Positions 1 through 8,679 of a DNA stretch of 64,000 bases are shown here, piece by piece. Each line of letters opens with the position of its first letter. The stretch's first letter is position 1. Origin of the DNA: an uncultured Bacillales bacterium (GTDB lineage Bacteria > Bacillota_I > Bacilli_A > RFN20 > CAG-288); the NCBI GenBank assembly GCA_949287425.1, contig CASEGJ010000004.1, positions 325,727-389,726 on the forward strand, given 5' to 3'. The translations under genes were made by a program, and so were the position numbers. The notes beneath the pieces are model-generated. The model was not told the DNA's origin, did not search any database, and saw only the letters and a program-made list of their open reading frames with translations.

Positions 1-2
1 CT

Positions 3-1103
3 CAATATGGAGTTAATTATGAAAATATGGATGTTATGGGAAATGTCAATTTTATTCGCGTTAAAAAAATTGAGGGAATTGAATTTTATCAACCGGAAGC
101 TAGTTTAAATATTTATTTTGATGGGGCTCAATTTGTTTGTTCTGGATTTATTGAAGGTAAGAATATTGAAAGAACTTATATTAAAAAGGATAAAAATTCA
201 GTTACTGATGAATTGTTATATCATCTTTCTAACGATTTTAAAAATGATTCTTGCAATTCTTCTGCTTCTTCATTTATTTTGTGGCTTTTAAAATTTTACA
301 CATATAAATTACATACTGATTTAGTTATTGGTGCTGGAATTAATGAAGAATATGGCGCTAAAACTTGGTCAGGTTTATTAGATGCTTTAAATAATGATTT
401 TTATAAAGGCGATTATAAATTTGCTAATGAAATTAAGCATTATGTCGGCAAGGAGTTATTTACTTCTTCTATGGTTTTAAAGACTAGTGGATTTGACGCA
501 TATAAATCTTTAAACAGAGAATTATATATGTTTGAAGCTCACAAATCATTTAACGATCCTAATTGTACTTTATATAAGATTGTTGATTATATTAAAGATC
601 ATAAAGGAACTTCTGTAATTACTTATAACTATGATACTAACCTCGAATATCTTTTAAATAAAAGAGAAATTAGATATACGACAATTTACGATGATAGTTC
701 TTTTGTCAATCTCGATTCTAGCGTCGATATTTATCATGTTCATGGTTTATTGCCTTATGATAAATACAGTGAAAAAAGATTCACGGATTCTTTGATTTTT
801 AACGAATCTGAATATTATTATTTATATAACAATCCATATTCTTGGAACATAGCTAAACAACTTCATGATTTTAAATTTAACACTTGTATTTTTATAGGCA
901 TTTCTTTAACTGATCCTGATATGAAAAGGTTACTTGAACTTGCTAATAACTATTTAAAGTTCAATTTTATCTTTGTTAAGAAAGAGCCGAATTATTCAGA
1001 AACCGTCTATAAAGATATTACGACTTACTTTTTTACTTTTGATTTAATTGCTATTTGGATAGATGAATATTCCGATATCGGTAAATATCTCTCATCTATT
1101 TAA
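3..1103 (+). CDS. SIR2-like (SIR2_2) domain protein, probably 5'-truncated by the window edge
   Basis: Motifs LVIGAGIN..KTWSGLL, VITYNYDTNLE, IYHVHG, CIFIGISLTDPDM are typical of SIR2_2 proteins; the reading frame is open from position 3 (QYGVNYEN) upstream of the listed ATG at 27. Confidence 0.8.
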   Translation, partial: QYGVNYENMDVMGNVNFIRVKKIEGIEFYQPEASLNIYFDGAQFVCSGFIEGKNIERTYIKKDKNSVTDELLYHLSNDFKNDSCNSSASSFILWLLKFYTYKLHTDLVIGAGINEEYGAKTWSGLLDALNNDFYKGDYKFANEIKHYVGKELFTSSMVLKTSGFDAYKSLNRELYMFEAHKSFNDPNCTLYKIVDYIKDHKGTSVITYNYDTNLEYLLNKREIRYTTIYDDSSFVNLDSSVDIYHVHGLLPYDKYSEKRFTDSLIFNESEYYYLYNNPYSWNIAKQLHDFKFNTCIFIGISLTDPDMKRLLELANNYLKFNFIFVKKEPNYSETVYKDITTYFFTFDLIAIWIDEYSDIGKYLSSI

Positions 1104-1106
1104 TTT

Positions 1107-1124
1107 TTGTAAATAAGTTGTAAA
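1107..1124 (+). promoter_or_regulatory. Candidate OmpR-family (PhoP/WalR-like) direct-repeat box
   Basis: TGTAAA-N5-TGTAAA; the reverse-complement arrangement recurs upstream of cassette 2. Confidence 0.35.
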
Positions 1125-1211
1125 ATCCAATAAAAAGCTAGTTAATTATCAATATATTTGTCATAATTAATCTGTTGTAAATTTTTTGTTGTTTATTTAC
1201 TAGTAAATAAC

Positions 1212-1220
1212 TGATAGAAT
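1212..1220 (+). promoter_or_regulatory. Extended -10 promoter element for cassette 1
   Basis: TGaTAGAAT, followed by RBS GAGGT (1234-1238) and ATG at 1246. Confidence 0.5.
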
Positions 1221-1245
1221 TTAAGTGACAATTGAGGTAGTTAAT

Positions 1246-2769
1246 ATGGAAATTAAAATTAAACATCTAACTAAGGTCTTCCCAGGAGATCCTAAAAAGA
1301 ACATTCAAGATACTGTTGCTGTCGATGATTTAAATATCGATATTAAAGATGGTGAATTAATTGGATTACTAGGTCCTTCTGGCTGTGGTAAATCTACCAC
1401 TTTATATATGTTAGCTGGTTTAAAAGCTCCTACTAGTGGGGAAATTTGGTTTGGCGATGATGATGTTACTCATCTTGCTCCTGAAAAAAGAGGTATCGGT
1501 TTAGTTTTCCAAAACTACGCTTTATATCCTCATATGACTGTTTATGATAATGTTAAATTTCCTTTAACTAATCTTAGAATTTCTAAAATTAAAGTCAATC
1601 AGAAGATTTTAGATAATTTGAAAATAATTGAACTTATTAGCAATAATTTAGATGAAGTTATCGATTTAATTAAATCGTCAACTTACAAGAATAAACTTTC
1701 AAAAGAAGTTGCAAGTAGAAAATTAGTCTTTAAATTTCACATTGTAACTTTATTGGCCAAAAGAATATTTAAACTAGGTCTCCAATATGAAACTAGTGAA
1801 AATCTTTCTAACAAAGTTCAACAAATTATCGATGAATTAAATGCTAAAAATAAAGCAATCTTAGATTTCTTAGCTAAGAAAAACATTAAATTAAATGAAA
1901 AATATGAATATATCGATGAAAACAATCAACCTGTTAGAGAAACTAGAAGGTTAACTAAAGATGAAATTGACGCATTAATTCAAGAAACTGCTAGATTAGT
2001 TCAAATTAATGAATATCTCGATAGAAAACCTTCTGAACTTTCTGGTGGTCAACAACAGCGTGTCGCTATTGCTCGTGCTTTAGTTAAAAAACCTAGAGTC
2101 TTACTTTTAGATGAACCACTATCTAACTTAGATGCTAGATTAAGATTACAAACTAGAGAAGAAATTAGAAGAATTCAAAAAGAAACTGGTATTACTACTG
2201 TCTTTGTCACTCATGACCAAGAAGAAGCTATGTCAATTTGCGATGATATTGTCGTTATGAAACTCGGGGTTGAAATGCAAAAGAATCACCCTCAAAACGT
2301 CTACGATGATCCTCATAACTTATTTGTCGCTAAGTTTTTAGGAACTCCTCCTATCAATGTTTTTGAAGGATATATTAAAGATAACAAAGTCTATATTGGC
2401 GATGAAGTTATCTATAAAGGTAAACGCGCAAGTAAACTAGAAGAAAAAGAAGAATTTAAAGATGGTAAAGTCTATATTGGAATTAGACCTGAAGGCTTTA
2501 TTTATCTTGAAAATAAATCTGAAGCTAAAGAAAGATTAACTATGGAAGTTAAACAACTTTCAACTATGGGTAGAGATATGTCTTTAATTTGTACTAATCC
2601 ATTTTTAAATCAAGATGATGAAGCTAAAATTATCATTGATTCCTCTACTAAAGTTGAATTAGGTAAACAAAGTTTTGCTATCAAATTAGATAAGATGTTT
2701 GTTTTTGATGGTGAAACTGAAGAAAGAATATATTTAAGAGGACAAGTTAATTATGGAAACCAAGAATAA
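1246..2769 (+). CDS. CUT1-family ABC transporter ATPase (MalK/UgpC-like) with ~120-aa insertion, cassette 1
   Basis: Walker [48 protein letters not shown]; start placed at ATG 1246 from the RBS and the paralog's N-terminus (MEIKIK vs MEIRLI). Confidence 0.95.
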   Translation: MEIKIKHLTKVFPGDPKKNIQDTVAVDDLNIDIKDGELIGLLGPSGCGKSTTLYMLAGLKAPTSGEIWFGDDDVTHLAPEKRGIGLVFQNYALYPHMTVYDNVKFPLTNLRISKIKVNQKILDNLKIIELISNNLDEVIDLIKSSTYKNKLSKEVASRKLVFKFHIVTLLAKRIFKLGLQYETSENLSNKVQQIIDELNAKNKAILDFLAKKNIKLNEKYEYIDENNQPVRETRRLTKDEIDALIQETARLVQINEYLDRKPSELSGGQQQRVAIARALVKKPRVLLLDEPLSNLDARLRLQTREEIRRIQKETGITTVFVTHDQEEAMSICDDIVVMKLGVEMQKNHPQNVYDDPHNLFVAKFLGTPPINVFEGYIKDNKVYIGDEVIYKGKRASKLEEKEEFKDGKVYIGIRPEGFIYLENKSEAKERLTMEVKQLSTMGRDMSLICTNPFLNQDDEAKIIIDSSTKVELGKQSFAIKLDKMFVFDGETEERIYLRGQVNYGNQE

Positions 2770-3697
2770 CTATAAGGCTTGGCTATATTTAGCGCCTGTT
2801 ATCATTTTGATGGCAGTGTTTACTTTCTATCCTATCTTGAATACTTTCTATATTTCCTTTTTAAAAGGGTATAACTATATTAATGGTACTTTTAGAGGTT
2901 TTACTTTTGATAATTACATCGATGTTTTAACTCCTGTTTTGCATTCTGGACCTGGTACTAATTTCGAATCTGTTATGCAGATTGCTTTACCAAATACGAT
3001 GTTACTTACTGTTGTGACTGTTCCTTGTTCAATTGGTCTAGCCTTATTAATTGCTATCGGGTTAAATTCTATTCCTTTTTTAAAGAAGATTTTCCAAACT
3101 ATTTTCTTTTTACCTTATGTAACTAACGCTATTGCTATTGGTATGGTTTTTAGTGTTATTTTCGATACTGATTACGGTATTTTTAACTCTATTTTAGGTT
3201 TAGGCAAATTTCCTTGGATTTATCCTTCACCTTCAACTGGTGAAGCTGTTAATTATTGGTCAGCTTTTCTAGCTATATGTATCTATATAGTTTGGCATTC
3301 TTTACCTTATAAGATTTTGATTTTCTTAGGTGGGTTGCAAAATATTGATAAACAATATTATGAAGCGGCTCAAATTGATGGTGCTAATAAGTTAAAAACT
3401 TCTTGGAAGATTACTGTGCCTTTACTTTCTCCTCAGATTTTATATGTCTGTATTACTTCCTTTATCGGGGCATTTAAAGAATATAATTCTGTAATTGGTC
3501 TATTTGGTACAGCTGGAGGTGCTTTTGATCAAAATACCGGTCCGAGAAATATGACTACTATGGTTTATTTTATCTATGACCAGATTGCTAAAAACAAGGT
3601 TCAATACGCTTCTGCAGCTGCGGTTATACTATTTATTATTATTATGATATTTACCGCGCTTCAGTTCTATGTTTCTAAAAAGAGGGTACATTATTAA
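2753..3697 (+). CDS. CUT1 ABC permease 1 (UgpA/MalF-like)
   Basis: Multiple TM segments, EAA loop [10 protein letters not shown]. Confidence 0.95.
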   Translation: METKNNYKAWLYLAPVIILMAVFTFYPILNTFYISFLKGYNYINGTFRGFTFDNYIDVLTPVLHSGPGTNFESVMQIALPNTMLLTVVTVPCSIGLALLIAIGLNSIPFLKKIFQTIFFLPYVTNAIAIGMVFSVIFDTDYGIFNSILGLGKFPWIYPSPSTGEAVNYWSAFLAICIYIVWHSLPYKILIFLGGLQNIDKQYYEAAQIDGANKLKTSWKITVPLLSPQILYVCITSFIGAFKEYNSVIGLFGTAGGAFDQNTGPRNMTTMVYFIYDQIAKNKVQYASAAAVILFIIIMIFTALQFYVSKKRVHY

Positions 3698-3699
3698 TT

Positions 3700-4632
3700 A
3701 TGAATGCTTTAAATGATGTTAGTACCACACTGGTATTAAAAAACGACAAGTTCAATATTGAAACTAAGCAGAAATTAACAAAGATCGGTAAAGTAATCAG
3801 TTTAATTATTACTTACGCTTTCTTGTTATTTATGGCTTTGTTAGTTATCTTCCCGTTTTATTGGATGATTATTACTTCTTTAAAATCCGGGGCTGAAATT
3901 AAAGCTGTCGTTCCTACTTATTGGCCAATGACAGTAAGATGGGATAACTATACTACCGCTTTTACTAGATTGAATTTTGGCACTTTGCTTACAAATACAT
4001 TAATCGTTGGTATCTTTTCAACTATAGGTACTTTAATTACTACTATTTTAGCGGCCTTTGCTTTTGCTAGATTGGAATTTAAAGGTAGAGATTTGATGTT
4101 TTCTTTACTTTTAGCAACGATGATGATTCCTGGTGAAATGATGGTTATTTCTAATTATATTTCCGTCTCTTTATTTGGAATGACAGGTGGAACAAATATA
4201 ATCGGTGGTTATGCTGCTATGATTTTGCCATTTATGATTTCTGTATTTTATATCTATTTATTAAGGCAAAATTTCAAACAGATTCCTAACGAGTTATATT
4301 TAGCTGCTAAAGTCGATGGTAAAACTGACTGGGCTTATTTGTGGAAAGTTATGGTTCCACTTGCGATGCCGACTTTAATCACTATCTTTATTTTAAAGTT
4401 GATGGGGGCGTGGAACTCTTATGTCTGGCCTAATTTAATCGCTTCAGGTAATAAAGATTTATATTTGATTACTAATGGTTTAAGAGAGACTTTCTCAACT
4501 GCTAACGATATCGATAACTATGGTATTCAAATGGCTGGTACTGTTATTGTTACTGTTCCTTTGTTGCTGTTATTTATTTTCTTTAGAAAATATATTATGC
4601 GCGGGGTTGGTAGAGCAGGTATCAAAGGATAA
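3700..4632 (+). CDS. CUT1 ABC permease 2 (UgpE/MalG-like)
   Basis: IPNELYLAAKVDG loop, WNSYVWP, C-terminal GIKG. Confidence 0.95.
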   Translation: MNALNDVSTTLVLKNDKFNIETKQKLTKIGKVISLIITYAFLLFMALLVIFPFYWMIITSLKSGAEIKAVVPTYWPMTVRWDNYTTAFTRLNFGTLLTNTLIVGIFSTIGTLITTILAAFAFARLEFKGRDLMFSLLLATMMIPGEMMVISNYISVSLFGMTGGTNIIGGYAAMILPFMISVFYIYLLRQNFKQIPNELYLAAKVDGKTDWAYLWKVMVPLAMPTLITIFILKLMGAWNSYVWPNLIASGNKDLYLITNGLRETFSTANDIDNYGIQMAGTVIVTVPLLLLFIFFRKYIMRGVGRAGIKG

Positions 4633-4687
4633 TATGTTAAAATAATAATGATGGATATAGATATATTTATAGAAAAGGGGAATAAAA

Positions 4688-6247
4688 ATGAAAAATAGCG
4701 TTAAAAAAATATCTAAGTTGTTTTTGTTAGTTACTATGTTAGCTGGATTAAGCTCATGTGATTTTACACCAGGTGGGCCTACTAATATCGGCGGAAATCC
4801 TATTGTTGATGATACTTTACCAAGTGATGATCCAACTAGTGAAATTAACATTGTCTTCTGGGAATGTTTAGGAGGAGCTAAAGAAGGTAATTTAGGTATA
4901 ATTGCCGATAAGTTTAATCAACAATATGCAGGAAAATATCACATTGACCTTAAAAAGATTGCTGGTGATTACGATTCTTTACACGATACTGTTAAAACAA
5001 GATTATCTTCAGGTGAAGTTCCAGCTTTATGTATGGGTTATCCTGATTCATTCTCTGAATATATTTCTAATTATATCGATGAATCTTCTATTTTGAGATT
5101 GGATAATTTTATTAACGATGAAACTTATGGTTATTCTGAAACTGAATTGAAAGATTTCGTTTCTGCTTATTATAATGAAGGTAATCATTATCAGTTTGAA
5201 GGTACTTGGTCTATGCCAATGTATAAATCTACTGAAGTTATGTATTATAACTATAACTATTTTGCTGGTGATAACCCTCAAACTAATAAAAAGTTAGCTA
5301 ACGATAGCCAATATCAAGAGTTAAAAAAGAAAGTTAGTGCTGGTGGAGCTACTGCTAGTGTTACTGATTTAGATGCTTTAAAAGAATATACTGCTAGTAA
5401 AGGTGGATATACTTATAACGTTCCTAAAACTTGGGATGAAATGATTCAAGTAGCTAGCAAGATGAAACAAGATATGCAAACTGAATCAATTAACAGCGAA
5501 TTCTATCCTATTGGGTATGATTCAGATGCTAACTTATTAATTACTCAATTTGCTCAAAGAAATATCGATTATACAACTAACGATGAAGCTAGCCAAGAAG
5601 ATCCTAGCAAGCATTTTACCTTTAATAATTCATCTGCTAAAGAATTTGTCACAGATTTAATCGAGGATTTAATTGAACCTAAACTTATGATTACTAAAGG
5701 TACTTTAGGTGGAGATAAATATACTAACACTTACTTTAACGATGGTAGATTAGCTATGTCAATTGGTTCAACTGGTGGCTCTTCTTATCAAGTTAGTGCT
5801 AACTTTAGAGTTGGTTTAGCCCCTGTTCCATATTCAGGAACCACTCCTAAATATATTCAGCAAGGTCCTTCTATCTGTTTCTTTAATAACTTTGATTCTT
5901 ACGTTCATAAAGGAGCCTGGTTATTTTATAAGATGTTAGCTGAACCTGAAAATAACGCTAGTTTAGCTTTGGAAAACTCTTACGATCCAATTAGAGTTTC
6001 TTCTTATGAAACTGATCAATATGAAAGTTGGATTGCTAATGCTGGTAAAGGAACCTTAGCTTACGATATTCCTCAAATTACTTCTACTTTAAAAAATTAC
6101 TATATGACTAGTGAAGTCTTTGTCGGTTCTTCTACTGCTAGAACTGAAATTGGCAAAATCATTCAAAATATCTATTCTTCTAATATGAGTGTTGATGACG
6201 CTTTCTTAGCAGCATATAACACCTGTGTTAGAGCTGTTGAAGACTAA
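4688..6247 (+). CDS. Solute-binding lipoprotein (SBP family 1, similar to Mycoplasma P80/MG185-type)
   Basis: Lipobox LAGLSSC; PMYKSTEVMYYN, PKTWDEM, SIGSTGG, QGPSICFF motifs; position in the ABC operon. Confidence 0.88.
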   Translation: MKNSVKKISKLFLLVTMLAGLSSCDFTPGGPTNIGGNPIVDDTLPSDDPTSEINIVFWECLGGAKEGNLGIIADKFNQQYAGKYHIDLKKIAGDYDSLHDTVKTRLSSGEVPALCMGYPDSFSEYISNYIDESSILRLDNFINDETYGYSETELKDFVSAYYNEGNHYQFEGTWSMPMYKSTEVMYYNYNYFAGDNPQTNKKLANDSQYQELKKKVSAGGATASVTDLDALKEYTASKGGYTYNVPKTWDEMIQVASKMKQDMQTESINSEFYPIGYDSDANLLITQFAQRNIDYTTNDEASQEDPSKHFTFNNSSAKEFVTDLIEDLIEPKLMITKGTLGGDKYTNTYFNDGRLAMSIGSTGGSSYQVSANFRVGLAPVPYSGTTPKYIQQGPSICFFNNFDSYVHKGAWLFYKMLAEPENNASLALENSYDPIRVSSYETDQYESWIANAGKGTLAYDIPQITSTLKNYYMTSEVFVGSSTARTEIGKIIQNIYSSNMSVDDAFLAAYNTCVRAVED

Positions 6248-6270
6248 TTGTTAAAGCAAGGAGAAAAAAT

Positions 6271-8145
6271 ATGAACTCAAGTATTAAAAAGGTCTCTTTT
6301 CTTTCATTAAGTGTTATTGCTAGTTTATCTTTAATTTCATGTAGCGTTACTTCTAAAGAACCAGCTAGCGCTAGCTATAGAGATTTAACCGCTAATTCTG
6401 AATATGGTAAGATTTCCGATTATAACTTACAAAATGGAGAAGAATTAAAAGAAGGTGATGTCTTGGAATTTAAAGTAACTCCAAGTGAAGATTTCTTGAT
6501 TGATAAAGTTACTGTTAATGGTGAAGATGCTACTCCTATTGAAAATAAAACTAACTATTATTCATACACTTTAAAAGCTGGTGTCAATAGAATTAGCGCC
6601 ACTTATAAAATAGATACTACTATTGATTTTGTCAGCAAATTCAAACTCAATATTTCTGATAAACTTTTCCAAGAAGTTATGGATGTCCCTGATGGAGCTA
6701 CTCAAGCTGATCCAACTGCTCCTGATTTTAGGCAAGACGGTATTGAAAAAATCAACATGAATGGTTTTATTAACTATGTCGATGGTGATACTACTCATGT
6801 TGAAACTTTAAATTACGGTTATACTGTTAAAATTAGATATTTGGGAATCGATACTCCTGAATCCACTTCTGAAATTGAAAAGTGGGGTAAATCTGCTTCT
6901 AATTTCAATAAAGAAATTCTTTCTAATGCTAAACACATTATTTTAGAAGGCCAAGGAGTTGCTAAAAATGGTGAAAAAGCTCCTGCTACTGCTGATGGTA
7001 ATCAACGTTCATTAGCTTATGTTTGGTATACTGATGTCGAACAACCTACTAAAGCTGATTTTAGATGCTTAAATCTTGAAATGGTCTATAATGGCTATTC
7101 GTTTGGTATTGGTTCTAAAGAAGAAATGGGCGATTATTTCTATTCCTATTTTGATAAAGCTAGTAAATCAGCTGAAGCTAGAAAGCTTCACGTTTATTCT
7201 GATGATAACGATCCTAACTATTACGATTGGGAGAAAAACCCTGTCCAAGAATTAACTTTAAAGAAATTATATGAATCTTCTTCTACTGGACCAGAATCTT
7301 CTATATTTGCCAATACTAATAATCAATCCTTATACAAGATTTCAGGTTATGTTTCTAGAAAATTAGAAACTGCTTTCTATATTCAAGATAAGCCTGAATA
7401 TACTAGAGGACCTAATGGTGAACTTCCTGAAGCTTATGGTATTTATGTATTTACTTATGCTAATACACCTATTCAAGAAGGAGATTATGTCGAAGTAATT
7501 GGAGCGATAACTACCTATGGTGGTTCTTATCAAATGCAAGGAATTTCTTATCATACTATTAATCCAGATCCTAGAAGAGATACTATTATTAAATCTTCAG
7601 GTCATAAGATTGTTCCTTTAGAAGTTAGTTATGAAGAATTTTATTCAACTCAATTTTCTAACACTAATAAATTAAATAACGTTTTAATTACTTTGGAAGA
7701 AGAAATTTATCCATATGTTAAAACTAATAATCATGGTTCAATGTGTGAAGGTGGAACAATGGAAATTAATAAATACAATGAAAAATATCCATTTTATAAC
7801 ACCAATAATAAGATTATTTGCTACGCCAAATATGGCTCAGCTAATTCTAATCAAGATTTGAGATTTGTCTCTTCTGAAGAAGTTTTACTCGATTATCAAG
7901 GTCAAACAGCTTTATCGTATCAATTCTTCACAGGAGGAACTAATATTTATAATCCTCATGGAGCTGAATACGCTAATACTAACGAAGATAATCCATATAA
8001 AGATGAGACAATTACTACCACATATCAGCCAAAGAAAATGAAAGTGACCGCTATTTCTCAATACTATGTTTCGACTTCTGGTTCAACAACTATGTATTCA
8101 GCAATTATCACTAATAAAGCTGATGTAGTTATTTCTACTTATTAA
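6271..8145 (+). CDS. Surface lipoprotein nuclease: N-terminal beta-repeat domain + SNase/thermonuclease + OB fold
   Basis: Lipobox LSLISC; SNase motifs VDGDTT, IRYLGIDTPES, QRSLAYVW, NLEMVYNG; YhcR-like OB fold (FYIQD..GIYVF..GDYVEVIGAITTYGG). Confidence 0.9.
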   Translation: MNSSIKKVSFLSLSVIASLSLISCSVTSKEPASASYRDLTANSEYGKISDYNLQNGEELKEGDVLEFKVTPSEDFLIDKVTVNGEDATPIENKTNYYSYTLKAGVNRISATYKIDTTIDFVSKFKLNISDKLFQEVMDVPDGATQADPTAPDFRQDGIEKINMNGFINYVDGDTTHVETLNYGYTVKIRYLGIDTPESTSEIEKWGKSASNFNKEILSNAKHIILEGQGVAKNGEKAPATADGNQRSLAYVWYTDVEQPTKADFRCLNLEMVYNGYSFGIGSKEEMGDYFYSYFDKASKSAEARKLHVYSDDNDPNYYDWEKNPVQELTLKKLYESSSTGPESSIFANTNNQSLYKISGYVSRKLETAFYIQDKPEYTRGPNGELPEAYGIYVFTYANTPIQEGDYVEVIGAITTYGGSYQMQGISYHTINPDPRRDTIIKSSGHKIVPLEVSYEEFYSTQFSNTNKLNNVLITLEEEIYPYVKTNNHGSMCEGGTMEINKYNEKYPFYNTNNKIICYAKYGSANSNQDLRFVSSEEVLLDYQGQTALSYQFFTGGTNIYNPHGAEYANTNEDNPYKDETITTTYQPKKMKVTAISQYYVSTSGSTTMYSAIITNKADVVISTY

Positions 8146-8191
8146 AAAAAATCTATTAAATTTTATAGAACTTAAAACAAGAGGAAAGAAT

Positions 8192-8629
8192 ATGAAAGTT
8201 TGTCCAAAATGCCATTCTATTATTAAAGATGAAAGTTTATCTACTTGTCCAAAATGTCAAGAAGAGCTTTTAAACATCTCTAAGAACAACACTGATATTC
8301 CTTCTAGCAAAGTTAGTGAACTTTCTAATTTCTATCATCAAGATGATGTTAGAGAACATGAAAAAGTTCAAAATGGCCTTTGCTTAGTTGTTTTAGGTTC
8401 TATTTCTTTAATAATAGGTGTTTTATTTATCATATTATCTTTAAAAAAGAGAACTAATAAGATTATCGGTATTAATTTTGCTTCTTTGCAATTTATTATC
8501 TGTGTTATCTGTTTAACTATCGGTATTATTCTTTTAGTCTATGGGTTAGTAAAAATTATATTAGCCCAGAATAAAAGATCTAAATACAAACTTATTATTC
8601 AAGAGTTAGCTAGCTTGAAAAGTAAGTAG
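8192..8629 (+). CDS. Small Zn-ribbon (CPKC..CPKC) protein with two TM helices
   Basis: N-terminal CxxC pairs, two hydrophobic helices, basic C-terminus; RBS GAGG; paralog at 19184. Confidence 0.85.
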   Translation: MKVCPKCHSIIKDESLSTCPKCQEELLNISKNNTDIPSSKVSELSNFYHQDDVREHEKVQNGLCLVVLGSISLIIGVLFIILSLKKRTNKIIGINFASLQFIICVICLTIGIILLVYGLVKIILAQNKRSKYKLIIQELASLKSK

Positions 8630-8679
8630 CCTTACTAGCTAAATGAAATTTTTTTCAAAATTATAAGGGAGGGAAATTA

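Noticed and set aside
19-108. 29-aa ORF with an apparent GGAG RBS
   Set aside because: Lies out of frame inside the SIR2-like reading frame, which is open from the window edge
4570-5281. Short antisense and out-of-frame ORFs in the track (also within rpoB, rpoC, rplKJL, DUF1538, FtsX, secG)
   Set aside because: They overlap well-supported genes and show no motifs; treated as shadow ORFs
1246-6247. Default annotation as a sugar or glycerol-3-phosphate transporter
   Set aside because: No glycosidase, glycerophosphodiesterase or LacI-type regulator nearby; the linked enzyme is a nuclease, so substrate is left open and no ugp/mal symbols are assigned
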